From an uncultured Actinomycetes bacterium (GTDB lineage Bacteria; Actinomycetota; Thermoleophilia; UBA2241), in assembly GCA_963725665.1 (NCBI GenBank), contig CAVRZA010000011.1, positions 1-64,000 on the forward strand: a stretch of 64,000 bases of DNA, written 5' to 3'. The notes beneath the pieces are model-generated. The model was not told where the DNA came from. It saw only the letters and a list, made by a program, of their open reading frames with translations, and did not search any database. Below, in pieces: positions 52,053 through 62,165 of the stretch. The position numbers were made by a program, and so were the translations under genes. How positions within the stretch are numbered: the stretch's first letter is position 1; each line of letters opens with the position of its first letter.

Positions 52053-53324
52053 ATGGGAATCAAGATCGCGGTCATCGGCGGCGGCAGCACCTACACCCCC
52101 GAGCTCGTCGAGGGCATCGGCCTGCGCCGCCACGTTCTGCCCGTCGACGAGCTCGTCCTGCACGACATCGATGAAGGCCGCCTCGCGATCGTCGGCGGGC
52201 TCGCGCGACGCATCCTGGGCAAGCTCGAGTTTCCCGGCCGTCTCGTGACGACTACCGAGCGAGAGACGGCCATCGACGGGGCGTCGTTCGTGCTCGTGCA
52301 GCTGCGCGTCGGCGGCATGGCGGCGCGCCTGCGCGACGAGACCATCCCGCCGCGCTTCGGCTGCATCGGCCAGGAGACCACCGGCCCGGGCGGCTTCGCC
52401 AAGGCGTTGCGCACCGTTCCCGTGGTCCTCGCGATCGCCGACGACATGCGCCGCCTCGGCGCCCCCGGTGCGTGGCTTCTCGACTTCACCAACCCCGCCG
52501 GTCTCGTCACCCAGGCGCTGCTCGACCACGGTCCCCGCGCCATCGGTCTCTGCAACGTACCCATCGGCTTCCAGCGCGACTTCGCCAAAAGGTTCGGCGT
52601 CGAGCCCGAGCGGGTGCGCCTCGAGCACGTCGGGCTGAACCACCTCTCGTGGGAGCGCAAGGTGCTCGTCGACGGTGTCGACCGCCTGCCGGAGCTGATC
52701 GACCGGCACGCCGACGAACTGGCGCATGAGGTCGAGACGTCACCCCAGCTCGTGCGGCTGCTCGGGGCCATCCCTTCCTACTACCTGCGCTATTACTACT
52801 CGGGGGCCGCGGTGCTTGCCGAGCAGAGAACGGCGCGCCCGCGCGCCGAGGAGGTCATGGAGATCGAGCGCGGGCTGCTCGAGCTGTACCGCGACCCGGC
52901 GCTCGACGTCAAACCGAAGCTCCTCGAGGAGCGCGGCGGCGCTTTCTACTCGGAGGCCTCGGCCATGCTGATCGAGTCGCTCTACTGCGATCGCGGCGAC
53001 GTGCAGGTGGTGAACACCCTTAACCGCGGGGCGATCCCCAACCTGGCTGGCGACGCCGTCGTGGAGGTCGCCTGCCGGATCGACCGCGAGGGGGCCCACC
53101 CCCTCGCGGTCGATCCCCTCGCCCCTGAGATGCTGGGCCTCGTGGAGCAGGCCAAGGCGTATGAAAGGCTTACGGTGCGAGCAGCCGTCGGCGGCGACCG
53201 CGGGATCGCCCTCAAGGCGCTCATGGCGAACCCGCTGGTGCGCGAGTACGAGGTGGCGAAGCGGCTGCTCGAAGCCCTGCTCGTGGCCAACCGGGACTAC
53301 TTGCCGCTCTTCTTCAGCCCGTAG
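52053..53324 (+). CDS. GH4 family NAD+/metal-dependent 6-phospho-beta-glycosidase (CsnH-like)
   Basis: KIAVIGGGSTYTPEL, QLRVGG, IGQETTGPGG, DFTNPAG, GLCNVP, HVGLNHL, RGGAFYSEA. Confidence 0.92.
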   Translation: MGIKIAVIGGGSTYTPELVEGIGLRRHVLPVDELVLHDIDEGRLAIVGGLARRILGKLEFPGRLVTTTERETAIDGASFVLVQLRVGGMAARLRDETIPPRFGCIGQETTGPGGFAKALRTVPVVLAIADDMRRLGAPGAWLLDFTNPAGLVTQALLDHGPRAIGLCNVPIGFQRDFAKRFGVEPERVRLEHVGLNHLSWERKVLVDGVDRLPELIDRHADELAHEVETSPQLVRLLGAIPSYYLRYYYSGAAVLAEQRTARPRAEEVMEIERGLLELYRDPALDVKPKLLEERGGAFYSEASAMLIESLYCDRGDVQVVNTLNRGAIPNLAGDAVVEVACRIDREGAHPLAVDPLAPEMLGLVEQAKAYERLTVRAAVGGDRGIALKALMANPLVREYEVAKRLLEALLVANRDYLPLFFSP

Positions 53325-53399
53325 GCGCGCTCTCCGGCTGCCGGTCCACCCGGGTCTCTGCAGGCGAGTCTCTGCATGGCCTCGCAGCGCAGGAGAAGC

Positions 53400-53429
53400 T
53401 TGACTTCGTCGTAACCCCGGGTCTATGGT
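53400..53429 (+). promoter_or_regulatory. Sigma70-type promoter of the ROK-ABC operon
   Basis: TTGACT-N18-TATGGT. Confidence 0.6.
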
Positions 53430-53439
53430 CCGTACTAGC

Positions 53440-53452
53440 AGGAAGGTTTCCT
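53440..53452. promoter_or_regulatory. CsnR-type ROK operator 2 (AGGAAGGTTTCCT)
   Basis: Near-perfect copy of operator 1 just downstream of the -10 box; position fits autorepression. Confidence 0.75.
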
Positions 53453-53470
53453 TACTATAAGGAGCCTGAC

Positions 53471-54709
53471 ACGGCTACAGGAGCCGGGAGGGGCGCCACG
53501 GGGAGCGACGGGAACACGTTCACCGCCGGTCAGCCACAGCTGCTACGCGCGATCAACGAGCGCGCCGTGCTCGAACTGCTCCGTCGCGGGGCGACATCGC
53601 GGGCCGAGATCGCCCGGCAGAGCGGCCTCTCCAAGCCGACTGTGTCGCTCGCTCTCGTCCGCCTCCTCGACGCCGGCCTCGTGCACGAGGTCGGCCGCGC
53701 GACGGGACGCAAGGGCCCCAGCGCGATGCTCTACGAGCTCAACCCCGGCTCGGGGTGGGTCGTCGGCGTCGACGTCGGCCGCCGCTGGGTACGCGCCGCA
53801 GTGGCCGACATCACAGGCACGATCGTGGCCCGGCGCGACGAGCGCGCGCGCGTCAGGAGCTCGCGCGCGCTCGTCGCGCAGTTGGGCTCGGTCGCCCACG
53901 CCGTGGCTGCCGAGGCCGGCATCGACTGGGCCGCTGTCACGCACGCCACGGTCGGCAGCCCCGGAGTCCTGATCCCCTCGCGGGCGCTGCTGCAGCACGC
54001 ACCGAACCTGCCCGGCTGGGGCAAGCACGGCATCGTCGAGGAGATACGCGGCGAGCTCGGCACCTTCGTGACCTTCGAGAACGACGTCAACCTCGCCACC
54101 CTCGCCGAGCGCGTCCACGGCCTCGGACACGACGTCGACGACTTCGTCTTCCTCTGGGTGGGCACCGGCGTCGGCATGGGCATCGTCGTCGACGGACGTC
54201 TCTGCCGCGGCGCCGGCGGAGCCGCGGGCGAGATCGGCTACCTGCCCATAGGTGAGTCCGATCCGCATGACCCGGCGACACGGCGGCGCGGCCCTCTCGA
54301 AGAGGCGGCCGGCGCCAGCGCTATCGTGAGGCACGCGCGCGCCCTGGGCATGGCGGGCCCCCTCGGACCGCAGCGCATCTTCGCGGCCGCCCGCCGCGGC
54401 GAGGCCGCGGCGCGCGCGGTGGTCGCCGCAGAGGCACGGCGCATCGCCCTCGCCGTCGCCACCGTGGCCCCGGTGCTCGACCCCGAGCTCGTCATCCTCG
54501 GCGGCGGCATAGGCGGCAACGGCGACCTGCTTGTCGAACCAATCGAGCGCGAGCTGCGCTCCCTGAGCCCGTTCCGGCCCCGCCTCGCGGTCTCCGAGCT
54601 GGGCTCGGAGGCCGTGCTCGCCGGGGCCGTGGCAACGGCGCTCGAGGCCGCACAGGAGCGGCTCTTCAGCCGCACACCGGACCTCGACCGCAGGGAGGTA
54701 CCGGTCTAG
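53471..54709 (+). CDS. csnR: ROK family transcriptional repressor, CsnR-like (probable start at ACG 53471; first canonical start GTG 53567)
   Basis: GQPQLLRAINERAVLELL HTH lead-in lies upstream of 53567; SRAEIARQSGLSKPTVS, ENDVN, GTGVGMG, AGEIGYL; cognate operators present. Confidence 0.8.
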   Translation, partial: TATGAGRGATGSDGNTFTAGQPQLLRAINERAVLELLRRGATSRAEIARQSGLSKPTVSLALVRLLDAGLVHEVGRATGRKGPSAMLYELNPGSGWVVGVDVGRRWVRAAVADITGTIVARRDERARVRSSRALVAQLGSVAHAVAAEAGIDWAAVTHATVGSPGVLIPSRALLQHAPNLPGWGKHGIVEEIRGELGTFVTFENDVNLATLAERVHGLGHDVDDFVFLWVGTGVGMGIVVDGRLCRGAGGAAGEIGYLPIGESDPHDPATRRRGPLEEAAGASAIVRHARALGMAGPLGPQRIFAAARRGEAAARAVVAAEARRIALAVATVAPVLDPELVILGGGIGGNGDLLVEPIERELRSLSPFRPRLAVSELGSEAVLAGAVATALEAAQERLFSRTPDLDRREVPV

Positions 54710-54794
54710 AGAAGGCCGACGAGTCGCGACGCCGGGCGACGCTCACTTCGTCAGAACAGCTGCAAGGAGCCAACTGGGCAGGGGAGGACGAGAG

Positions 54795-56153
54795 ATGAGA
54801 CGACTACCGATCTACACAGCTGTGCTCGCCGTGCTAGCGCTATTGTTCGCGGCCGGCTGCGGCAGCACGAGCAGCAATGCGACGAGCTCGCCGACCGCCA
54901 CGAGCACGAGCCATACGCCGGTGACCCTCACGGTCTGGCACCCCTGGACCGTCGCTTCCGAGAAGAAGGGCTTCGCGACTGCTGTGGCCGGCTTCAAGAA
55001 GCAGTACCCCTGGATCACGCTGAAGATCGTGACCTTCCCGAACTCGGACGAGTTCGACCAGACGCTGATCAAGAACATCAACGCCGGCACGGCGCCCGAC
55101 GTAGCCATCTCGTTCATGCCCGACTACGTGGGCAAGTACGCGGCCGACGGCTTGTGGGAGGACCTCAAGCCGTTCATGGAGCGCGACAACTTCTCCATGG
55201 ACCAGTTCGCCACCGGCGCGGTGAGCTACACGTCGTACCAAGGCAAGCAGGTCGCTCTTCCGGTGCTCGCCGACGCGTACGGCCTCTACTACAACAAGGA
55301 CCTGTTCGCGAAGGCCGGCCTCACGGAACCGCCGAAGACGATGAGTCAGCTCATGGACTTCGCAAAGAAGCTGACCGTGCGCGACCAGGACGGCTCCATC
55401 GCGATTGCTGGCTTCGTACCGCTGAATGCGTTCAACGAGCTCGGGACCTCGGACCTCACACAGCCGTGGGGTGCGCAGTGGTTCGACGCCAACGGCAAGC
55501 CCCAGTTCGCGACAGACCCGGGCTGGGCTGCGGGGATGCAGTGGCAGAAGGAGCTCGTCGACTGGTACGGCTACCCCGCGATCCAGAAGTTCAACGCAGC
55601 CTGGGTCGACAAGGAGTGGACTCCCGACCAGGTCTTCGAGTCGGGCAAGGTAGCGATGATCTTCGACGGCGAGTGGCGCACCAAGATGATCGCCAACGAG
55701 AAGCCGACCCTGAACTACGCGACGGCTCCCTTCCCCGCCGCCGACGACCATCCCGAGCTCTACGGACAGGGACGCATCAGCGGCACCATCACCGGCATCC
55801 CGAGAGGGACACAGCACCCAGACGAGGCCTGGCTGCTGGAGAAGTACATGGCGACCGACACCGACTTCCTCGTCACGCTCGCCAACCAACTGGGCAACGT
55901 GCCGACCACGAAAGACTCCGCGGCGTCGCCGAACCTCAAGATGCCGCCCGAGATGAAGACGTTCATCGACGTCTGGAACAACCCCAACTCGATCAACGCG
56001 CCGCCGCTGACGGCGACCGGGGCGACCTACGCCGACTTCCTCAACAACTTCGACGACAAGTGGGTGAAGGGCGCCGTGCCCGACCTGCAGGCCGGCCTGC
56101 AACAGGTCGACCAAGATGTCGCCAACGAGCTCTCGATGGGACAGGCGCCGTGA
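54795..56153 (+). CDS. Carbohydrate ABC transporter substrate-binding lipoprotein (CsnE-like)
   Basis: Lipobox LFAAGC; ALP.LADAYGLYYNKDLF, GKVAM..DGEWR. Confidence 0.9.
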   Translation: MRRLPIYTAVLAVLALLFAAGCGSTSSNATSSPTATSTSHTPVTLTVWHPWTVASEKKGFATAVAGFKKQYPWITLKIVTFPNSDEFDQTLIKNINAGTAPDVAISFMPDYVGKYAADGLWEDLKPFMERDNFSMDQFATGAVSYTSYQGKQVALPVLADAYGLYYNKDLFAKAGLTEPPKTMSQLMDFAKKLTVRDQDGSIAIAGFVPLNAFNELGTSDLTQPWGAQWFDANGKPQFATDPGWAAGMQWQKELVDWYGYPAIQKFNAAWVDKEWTPDQVFESGKVAMIFDGEWRTKMIANEKPTLNYATAPFPAADDHPELYGQGRISGTITGIPRGTQHPDEAWLLEKYMATDTDFLVTLANQLGNVPTTKDSAASPNLKMPPEMKTFIDVWNNPNSINAPPLTATGATYADFLNNFDDKWVKGAVPDLQAGLQQVDQDVANELSMGQAP

Positions 56154-56200
56154 TCGACATCACGCTCAGAGAGGACGGAGCGGACTGGTAGTCTAAGGCC

Positions 56201-57247
56201 ATGGCCGCGACCGAGACAGCTCCTCGTACTGCGGCTCCCGTCCCTGCAGCACCCCTGATCCCGCGGCGTACCGCGGCCGAGCGCCGCCGCCAGCGGCGGC
56301 GCTCGGCCGTCCGCAAGTACGGCGTCGTCGTGCTCCTCCTGTCGCCGTGGATCATTGGCTTCGTCGCCTTCACGCTCGGGCCGATGGTCCTGAGCTTCTA
56401 CTGGTCGTTCACGCACTACGACATGGTGAACGCGCCGCGCTGGATCGGCCTCGACAACTTCAAGTTCATGTTCGGGGTGGGCCACATCCAGGGCATGCCG
56501 CCGGGCGCCCACGACCCCAACTACTGGTTGTGCGTGCGGAACACGCTCTGGATCATCCTCTTCGGTGTTCCACTACGCATCGTGTTCGGCATGATCACGG
56601 CCATGCTCCTCACACGCCCCCGGCGCGGTGTGAACACCTACCGCACGCTCTTCTACATGCCCTCGATGGTCCCCCGAGTGGCGACGGCCCTGGTGTTCGT
56701 CTTCCTCCTCAACCCCATAACCGGCCCGCTCAATCGCCTCATCGACCTGATTCCCGGCGTCACGGCGCCGCTCTGGTTCTACGATCCGGCGTGGGCGAAG
56801 CCGGCGCTGCTCATCATGGGGCTCTGGGGGATCGGCGATGCCATCGTCATCTACCTCGCCGGCCTGCTCAACGTGCCTCGCGACCTCTACGAGGCGATCG
56901 CCATCGAGGGCGCCAATGCCTGGCAGCGCTTCAGGCACGTGACCCTGCCGATGATCACGCCGGTCATCTTCTTCACTCTGATCATGGGGATCATCGACGG
57001 CTTCCAGTACTTCGACCAGGCCTACGTCGCCGGCAACACGGCGAGTGGCCAGGCGGCCGTCCTCGGCAAGCCTGAGGGCTCGCTGCTCTTCTACGGGCTG
57101 TGGCTCTACGAGAAGGCGTTCCGCTCCTTCCAGATGGGCTACGCATCGGCGATGGCGTGGGTGCTCTTCATCGCCACGATGGTCGCCACGGCGATCCTGC
57201 TGGCGACCTCCAGGAGCTGGGTACACTACGGGGGGAGGCAGCAATAG
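56201..57247 (+). CDS. Carbohydrate ABC transporter permease (CsnF-like)
   Basis: LSPWIIGF, YRTLFYMPS, EAA loop LYEAIAIEGA, MGYASAMAW. Confidence 0.92.
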   Translation: MAATETAPRTAAPVPAAPLIPRRTAAERRRQRRRSAVRKYGVVVLLLSPWIIGFVAFTLGPMVLSFYWSFTHYDMVNAPRWIGLDNFKFMFGVGHIQGMPPGAHDPNYWLCVRNTLWIILFGVPLRIVFGMITAMLLTRPRRGVNTYRTLFYMPSMVPRVATALVFVFLLNPITGPLNRLIDLIPGVTAPLWFYDPAWAKPALLIMGLWGIGDAIVIYLAGLLNVPRDLYEAIAIEGANAWQRFRHVTLPMITPVIFFTLIMGIIDGFQYFDQAYVAGNTASGQAAVLGKPEGSLLFYGLWLYEKAFRSFQMGYASAMAWVLFIATMVATAILLATSRSWVHYGGRQQ

Positions 57248-58164
57248 CGACCGCGGCGACAGCGATCCCTCAGAGGAAACGCGAGGCCCCGCCGCGCGTC
57301 CGCCGTCGTCGCTTCCTGCTCGCGATCGGCAATCACGCCGTCCTGATCGCCGTCTCGCTCATGTTCGTCCTGCCCGTGATCTGGATCGTGCTGACCTCGC
57401 TGATGACCGACCAGCAGGCACTGACCTCGCGCCTCATCCCTGACCCCGTGATGTGGTCCAACTTCGTCACCGTGTTCCAGCAGATCGACCTGCTGCGCTA
57501 CACATGGAACACGGTCCTGTACGCAGGCATCACGACGATCGGCGTCGTCGTCTCCTGCGTGCCGGTCGCCTACGCGTTCTCACGCATCCAGTGGAAGGGC
57601 CGCAACGTCGTCTTTCTGCTGGTGCTCTCGACGCTGATGCTGCCCGTGCAGATCACTACGGTGCCGATGTTCGTCGTCTGGGCGCGCGACGTGCCCAACT
57701 GGATCTTCTCGCTGTTCGGCGTACACGTGCAATTCGTAGGCACGCTGCGGCCGCTCATCATCCCCAGCTTCTTCGCCGACGCGTTCTCGATCTTTCTGCT
57801 GCGCCAGTTCTTCATGACCATCCCCGAAGAGCTCTGCGACGCAGTGCGCGTCGACGGCGGCGGCCATTGGCAGATCCTGCGCCGGGTCATCATCCCGCTC
57901 TCGAAGCCGGCCATCATGGCCGTGGCCCTCTTCCACTTCATCTGGGCCTGGAACGACTTCTACGGACCGCTCGTCTACCTCGGCCAGAGCCCCCAGGCAC
58001 AGACACTCTCGCTGGCGCTCTCCAACTTCAGAGGGATGCACCACGTGCAGTGGAACCTCACCATGGCCGCGACGCTGATCTTCATGATCCCGGTCATCGT
58101 CATCTTCTTCCTCGCTCAACGAGTCTTCATCGAGGGCGTCACGCTGACCGGCGTGAAAGGGTGA
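57244..58164 (+). CDS. Carbohydrate ABC transporter permease (CsnG-like); probable ATA start
   Basis: FLLRQFF.TIPEEL.DA.RVDG, WNDFYGPL, Q..FIEGV..TG.KG; GGAGG SD 5 nt before in-frame ATA that overlaps the upstream TAG. Confidence 0.88.
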   Translation: MATAATAIPQRKREAPPRVRRRRFLLAIGNHAVLIAVSLMFVLPVIWIVLTSLMTDQQALTSRLIPDPVMWSNFVTVFQQIDLLRYTWNTVLYAGITTIGVVVSCVPVAYAFSRIQWKGRNVVFLLVLSTLMLPVQITTVPMFVVWARDVPNWIFSLFGVHVQFVGTLRPLIIPSFFADAFSIFLLRQFFMTIPEELCDAVRVDGGGHWQILRRVIIPLSKPAIMAVALFHFIWAWNDFYGPLVYLGQSPQAQTLSLALSNFRGMHHVQWNLTMAATLIFMIPVIVIFFLAQRVFIEGVTLTGVKG

Positions 58165-59282
58165 GGGCGACGCCGCCCGCGACAGCGCCCTACACGCCGC
58201 CGCTCGGCAGCGGGCTGGAGGACATCGACACGCCCGCCCTGCTGCTCGACCGCAAGAAGCTCCTGGCCAACATCGAGCGCATGGCGGCTTTCGTGGGCGC
58301 CGGCCCGGTGAAGCTGCGGCCGCACGCCAAGACGCACAAGTGCGTCGAGATCGCGCGGCTGCAGCTCGCGGCCGGCGCCGTCGGCGTCACTTGCGCCAAG
58401 GTCGGAGAGGTTGAGGCGCTCGCCGACGGGGGCATCGACGACATCCTCATCGCCAACCAGATCGTGGGGCCGATCAAGATCGCCCGCCTCGTGGAGCTGG
58501 CGAAGCGCTGCCGAGTGACCGTGGCGGTCGACGACGCCGGCAACGTGCACGCCCTTTCGGACGCCGCAGTCGCCGCGGGGGTCGAGCTGCGCTGCTACGT
58601 CGAGGTCGACGTCGGCATGGTCCGCTGCGGCGTTCGCGACGGTGAGGCGGCTCTCGAGCTGGCGAGACTGGTCGCCGCCTCGCCCGGGCTGGTCTTCGCC
58701 GGCCTGCAGACCTACGAGGGGCACCTGCAGAACGTCGTGCCCCTCGAGGAGCGCATCGCTTTGGCGGAGCGCGACATGCGCCAGGCGCTGCAGGCCAAGG
58801 AGACAGTCGAGGCGGGTGGCCTGCCCGTGGAACAGGTGAGCGGCGGTGGTACCGGCACGCACATGGTGACCGGCCGCCTGCCGTGGATGACCGAACTGCA
58901 GGCCGGCTCCTATGCCACCATGGACGCGCAGTACCGTGCCGTAGGTGGCGCCGACTTCGAGAACGCGCTCACCGTCCTGGCCACGGTCATCAGCCGGCCG
59001 CGACCGGACAAGGCAATCGTCGACGCCGGCCTCAAGGCGCTGACGTCGGAGTTCGGCGACCCGACCGTGCTTGTCGAGGGCGCCGGCTGGCTTGACTTCT
59101 CGGAGGAGCACGGTGAGATCGCCCTCGCAGGGCCGGCGCGCGACCTGCGGGCGGGCGACAAGATCGAGATCGTGCCGCGTCACGGGTGCACCACGATCAA
59201 CCTGTACGACCGCTACCACGTGCTCGAAGACGGAAGGCTCACGGCGATCTGGGCGATTACCGCCCGTGGCCGCTCGCAGTAG
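58161..59282 (+). CDS. Fold-III PLP enzyme, DSD1 / D-threonine aldolase family
   Basis: DTPALLLD, RPHAKTHK, RCGV, YEGH, GGGTGT, ELQAGSY..MD, SEEHG, P.HGCTTINL.D; GTGA overlap with the permease. Confidence 0.88.
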   Translation: MRATPPATAPYTPPLGSGLEDIDTPALLLDRKKLLANIERMAAFVGAGPVKLRPHAKTHKCVEIARLQLAAGAVGVTCAKVGEVEALADGGIDDILIANQIVGPIKIARLVELAKRCRVTVAVDDAGNVHALSDAAVAAGVELRCYVEVDVGMVRCGVRDGEAALELARLVAASPGLVFAGLQTYEGHLQNVVPLEERIALAERDMRQALQAKETVEAGGLPVEQVSGGGTGTHMVTGRLPWMTELQAGSYATMDAQYRAVGGADFENALTVLATVISRPRPDKAIVDAGLKALTSEFGDPTVLVEGAGWLDFSEEHGEIALAGPARDLRAGDKIEIVPRHGCTTINLYDRYHVLEDGRLTAIWAITARGRSQ

Positions 59283-59375
59283 GCGGCGCTGCCGTCGCAC
59301 TGGCTCGCTCACTCGCGCAGCGAGCTTCGCGATGGCACCGGCCGGTCTCCCAACGGCCGTGTGGCGACCGTCCAG

Positions 59376-59416
59376 AGCGAAGTAGATTGACGCAACATAT
59401 ATATTTTCGCTAAGGT
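59376..59416 (+). promoter_or_regulatory. Promoter with overlapping imperfect inverted repeat (candidate MarR operator)
   Basis: TTGACG-N18-TAAGGT; AGCGAA..TTCGCT flanking an AT-rich core. Confidence 0.5.
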
Positions 59417-59472
59417 CTCTCCTCAAGCGATGAGGCTCCGATCATCCGAGCCCCGAAGCGAGCAGCACGACG

Positions 59473-59988
59473 ATGGAACCACGCGTGACGACACCCTCCA
59501 CACGCAGCGGGCATGAACAGGCGTGCCTCGACGTCGCGCGCCGCCTCGCCGCCCTCGTGCGTGGCGGCGGCGCGGCGTGGCTCGAGCTCGACCTGACGAT
59601 GGCCCAGCTCAAGGCCATGATGGCCCTCTCGGCGCTGGGGCCGCTGTCGGTCGGCAGGCTCGGTCGCCGGCTCGGCATCGCCGAGCCGGCCGCGAGCCTG
59701 CTCGTCGACAAGCTGCACGCGCAAGACCTCGTCGCGCGGCGAAGCGACCCCAGCGACCGCCGCCGCATACTGGTGGAGCTCACCGAGAACGCCCAGGCGC
59801 TCGTCGCGCGCCTCCAGGAGGTGCGTGACGAGCGCCTCGTGGAGCTCCTCTCCAAGCTCGGCGACGACGACCTGCTGGCGCTGGAGCAGGGCATCCAGGC
59901 CCTCGTACGCGCCGCGACGGACGAGAACACGGCGGTCGCCGACGAGACATACGAAGGCCGTGTCACTGATGCGGAGGCCGAAGCGTGA
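59473..59988 (+). CDS. MarR family transcriptional regulator
   Basis: DLTMAQLKAM, LVDKL....LV.R..DP.DRR...V.LT. Confidence 0.9.
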   Translation: MEPRVTTPSTRSGHEQACLDVARRLAALVRGGGAAWLELDLTMAQLKAMMALSALGPLSVGRLGRRLGIAEPAASLLVDKLHAQDLVARRSDPSDRRRILVELTENAQALVARLQEVRDERLVELLSKLGDDDLLALEQGIQALVRAATDENTAVADETYEGRVTDAEAEA

Positions 59989-61740
59989 GGACACGCACCG
60001 AGGACCCGACGAAAGGCTCTGGCTCGGCGAGCGACGCCGCAGCCGGAGGCGACGGCGGCCCTCAAGCCGGCACCGCGCCGGCGACCGCGCAACCATGGGG
60101 CGAGACGCTCAGCCGCCGACGCATCGTCGAGGTGCTGATCGCCGTGATGCTCGGCATGCTGCTGGCGGCCCTCGACCAGACGGTCGTGGGCACGGCGATG
60201 CCGCGCATCATCGCCGACCTCAATGGTCTGCAGCACTACGCCTGGGTCGCCACCGCCTACCTGCTGGCCTCGACGGCGTCGATGCCGATCTGGGGCAAGC
60301 TCTCCGACGCCTACGGGCGCAAGCGCTTCTTCATCGCCGGCATGGTCGTCTTCATCACCGGCTCGGCCCTCTGCGGCCAGTCGCACAGCATGACGGAGCT
60401 GATTCTCTTCCGCGCCTTCCAGGGCATCGGGGCCGGCGCCATGCTGCCCATCTCGCAGGCGATCATCGGCGACATCTTCCCGCCGGCGCAGCGCGCTCGC
60501 TGGACCGGTCTGCTCATGAGCGTCTTCGCCGTGGCCACGATCCTCGGCCCCCTGCTCGGCGGCTGGATCACCGACAACATCAGCTGGCGCTGGGCCTTCT
60601 ACGTCAACCTGCCGGTCGGCATCGTCGCCGTGGCCGCGGGCGCCTACGCCCTGCCCGGTCACGTCAGCCTGCACAAGCATCGCATCGACTACAGCGGGGC
60701 GGCCCTGCTCGTGGCGGCCGCGGTGCCCCTCCTGCTCGGCCTGAGCTGGGGCGGCAGCGAGTTCCCTTGGGGCTCGGCCCAGATCATCGGGCTCTTCGTC
60801 TTCTCCGCCGTCATGTGGGTCCTGTTCGTTGCTGCGCGAGCTCCGTGCCGCCGAGCCGGTGATCAACCCGCGCCTCTTCGAGAACAGCATCTTCACGGTC
60901 TCCTCGCTGGCCAGCGCCATCCAGTCGGCGGCCATGTTCGGCGCCATCATGTTCCTGCCGCTCTACGTCCAGGCGGTGCTCGGCAAGTCGGCCACCAACT
61001 CGGGCGTCATCCTCATGCCGATGATGCTGGCCGCCATGGCGACCGCCATCGGCGGCGGACAGATCCTGGCCCATACCGGTCGCTACAAGATCCTGGTCAT
61101 GGCGGGCTTCGGCGCCGTCGTGGCGGGCGCGTACCTTCTCTCGCTCATGGGCGTGGACACCACGCAGGCCGTCCTGGCGCGGAACATGGTCATCATGGGG
61201 CTCGGCCTCGGCATCGCCATGAGCGCCTTCACCGTCATCGTGCAGAACCAGTACCCCACCCACCGGCTCGGCGAGGTCACCGCCGGGTTGCAGTTCTTCC
61301 GCCAGATCGGCAGCACAGTCGGCCTGGCCGTCTTCGGCACGATCATGAACAACCAGTTCGCCGCCGCCATGAAGACGAACCTCCCGGCGCCGCTGCAGGA
61401 GTTCGCCAAAGGCTCGGCGGCGAGCGGGCTCGACAACCCGCAGGTGCTCCTTTCGCCGACGGCGAGCGAGAAGATCCACGACGCCTTCTCCCGCTTCGGC
61501 GCCCAGGGCGACCAGCTCTTCCACGGCTTCATGAGCGCCGTTCGCCTGAGCCTCGCGAGCGCCATCAGCGACCTCTTCGTGCTGGCGACGATCCTGGGTT
61601 GCGTCGGCTTCTTCGTGGTCCTCTTCCTCAAAGAGGTCCCCCTGCGGCGCACGCACGCCATGGACGAAGAGCAGGTACAGGCGGAGTTCGCGCGGGAGGC
61701 GTCCGCCCGAGAGGCGGCAGTCCCCGGCTCCCAGAACTGA
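59985..61740 (+). CDS. MDR/DHA2 family MFS efflux transporter (14 TM); frameshift near 60830
   Basis: LAALDQTVVGTAMP, WGKLSD.YGRK, LGPLLGG.ITD..SWRW.FYVNLP; second half in ORF 60829-61740. Confidence 0.9.
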
Positions 61741-61749
61741 GGTCGGGGG

Positions 61750-62165
61750 GGCTCGCAGAGCCGGCCGCCCAGGGCGTTGTGCTGGCGACCGACCTCGGTG
61801 TCGTTCCCGACGAGATCGGCACGGCGTTTCGGGGGCGCTACGACAGCAAATACAGCCCCATGATGGTTTCAGCACGGCCGGGGGGATTCACGAGATGGTG
61901 ATGCCGCGGGCGGCGGCAGTCGGGCGCGTCGGCAGTCGGGCGCGTCGGCGACCCCGACGGCTGTTACGCCGCCGCGCAACAGGTCCAAATGGGCATCCAC
62001 CGGGGCACCTCCGGACCTCGTCATCACGTTCACTGTTATGATCCTGAGCGATCTGCTGCGCGACGTGGACATGTGGCGGCTCATGGTGCTGGGCGCGCTG
62101 CTCCTCCTCGTGCTGGCCTTTTCAGCCCACGGTGCTCGACGGCCTGCTGGCGCGGCAGCTCGGGC
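61750..62165 (+). pseudogene. Possible relic of a branched-chain amino acid ABC system (LivM-type permease C-terminus, perhaps also a binding-protein fragment)
   Basis: ILSDLLRDVDMWRLMVLGALLLLVLAF.P..LDGLL resembles a LivM C-terminus; GVVLATDLGVVPDEIGTAFRGRY resembles a binding-protein segment. Confidence 0.4.
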
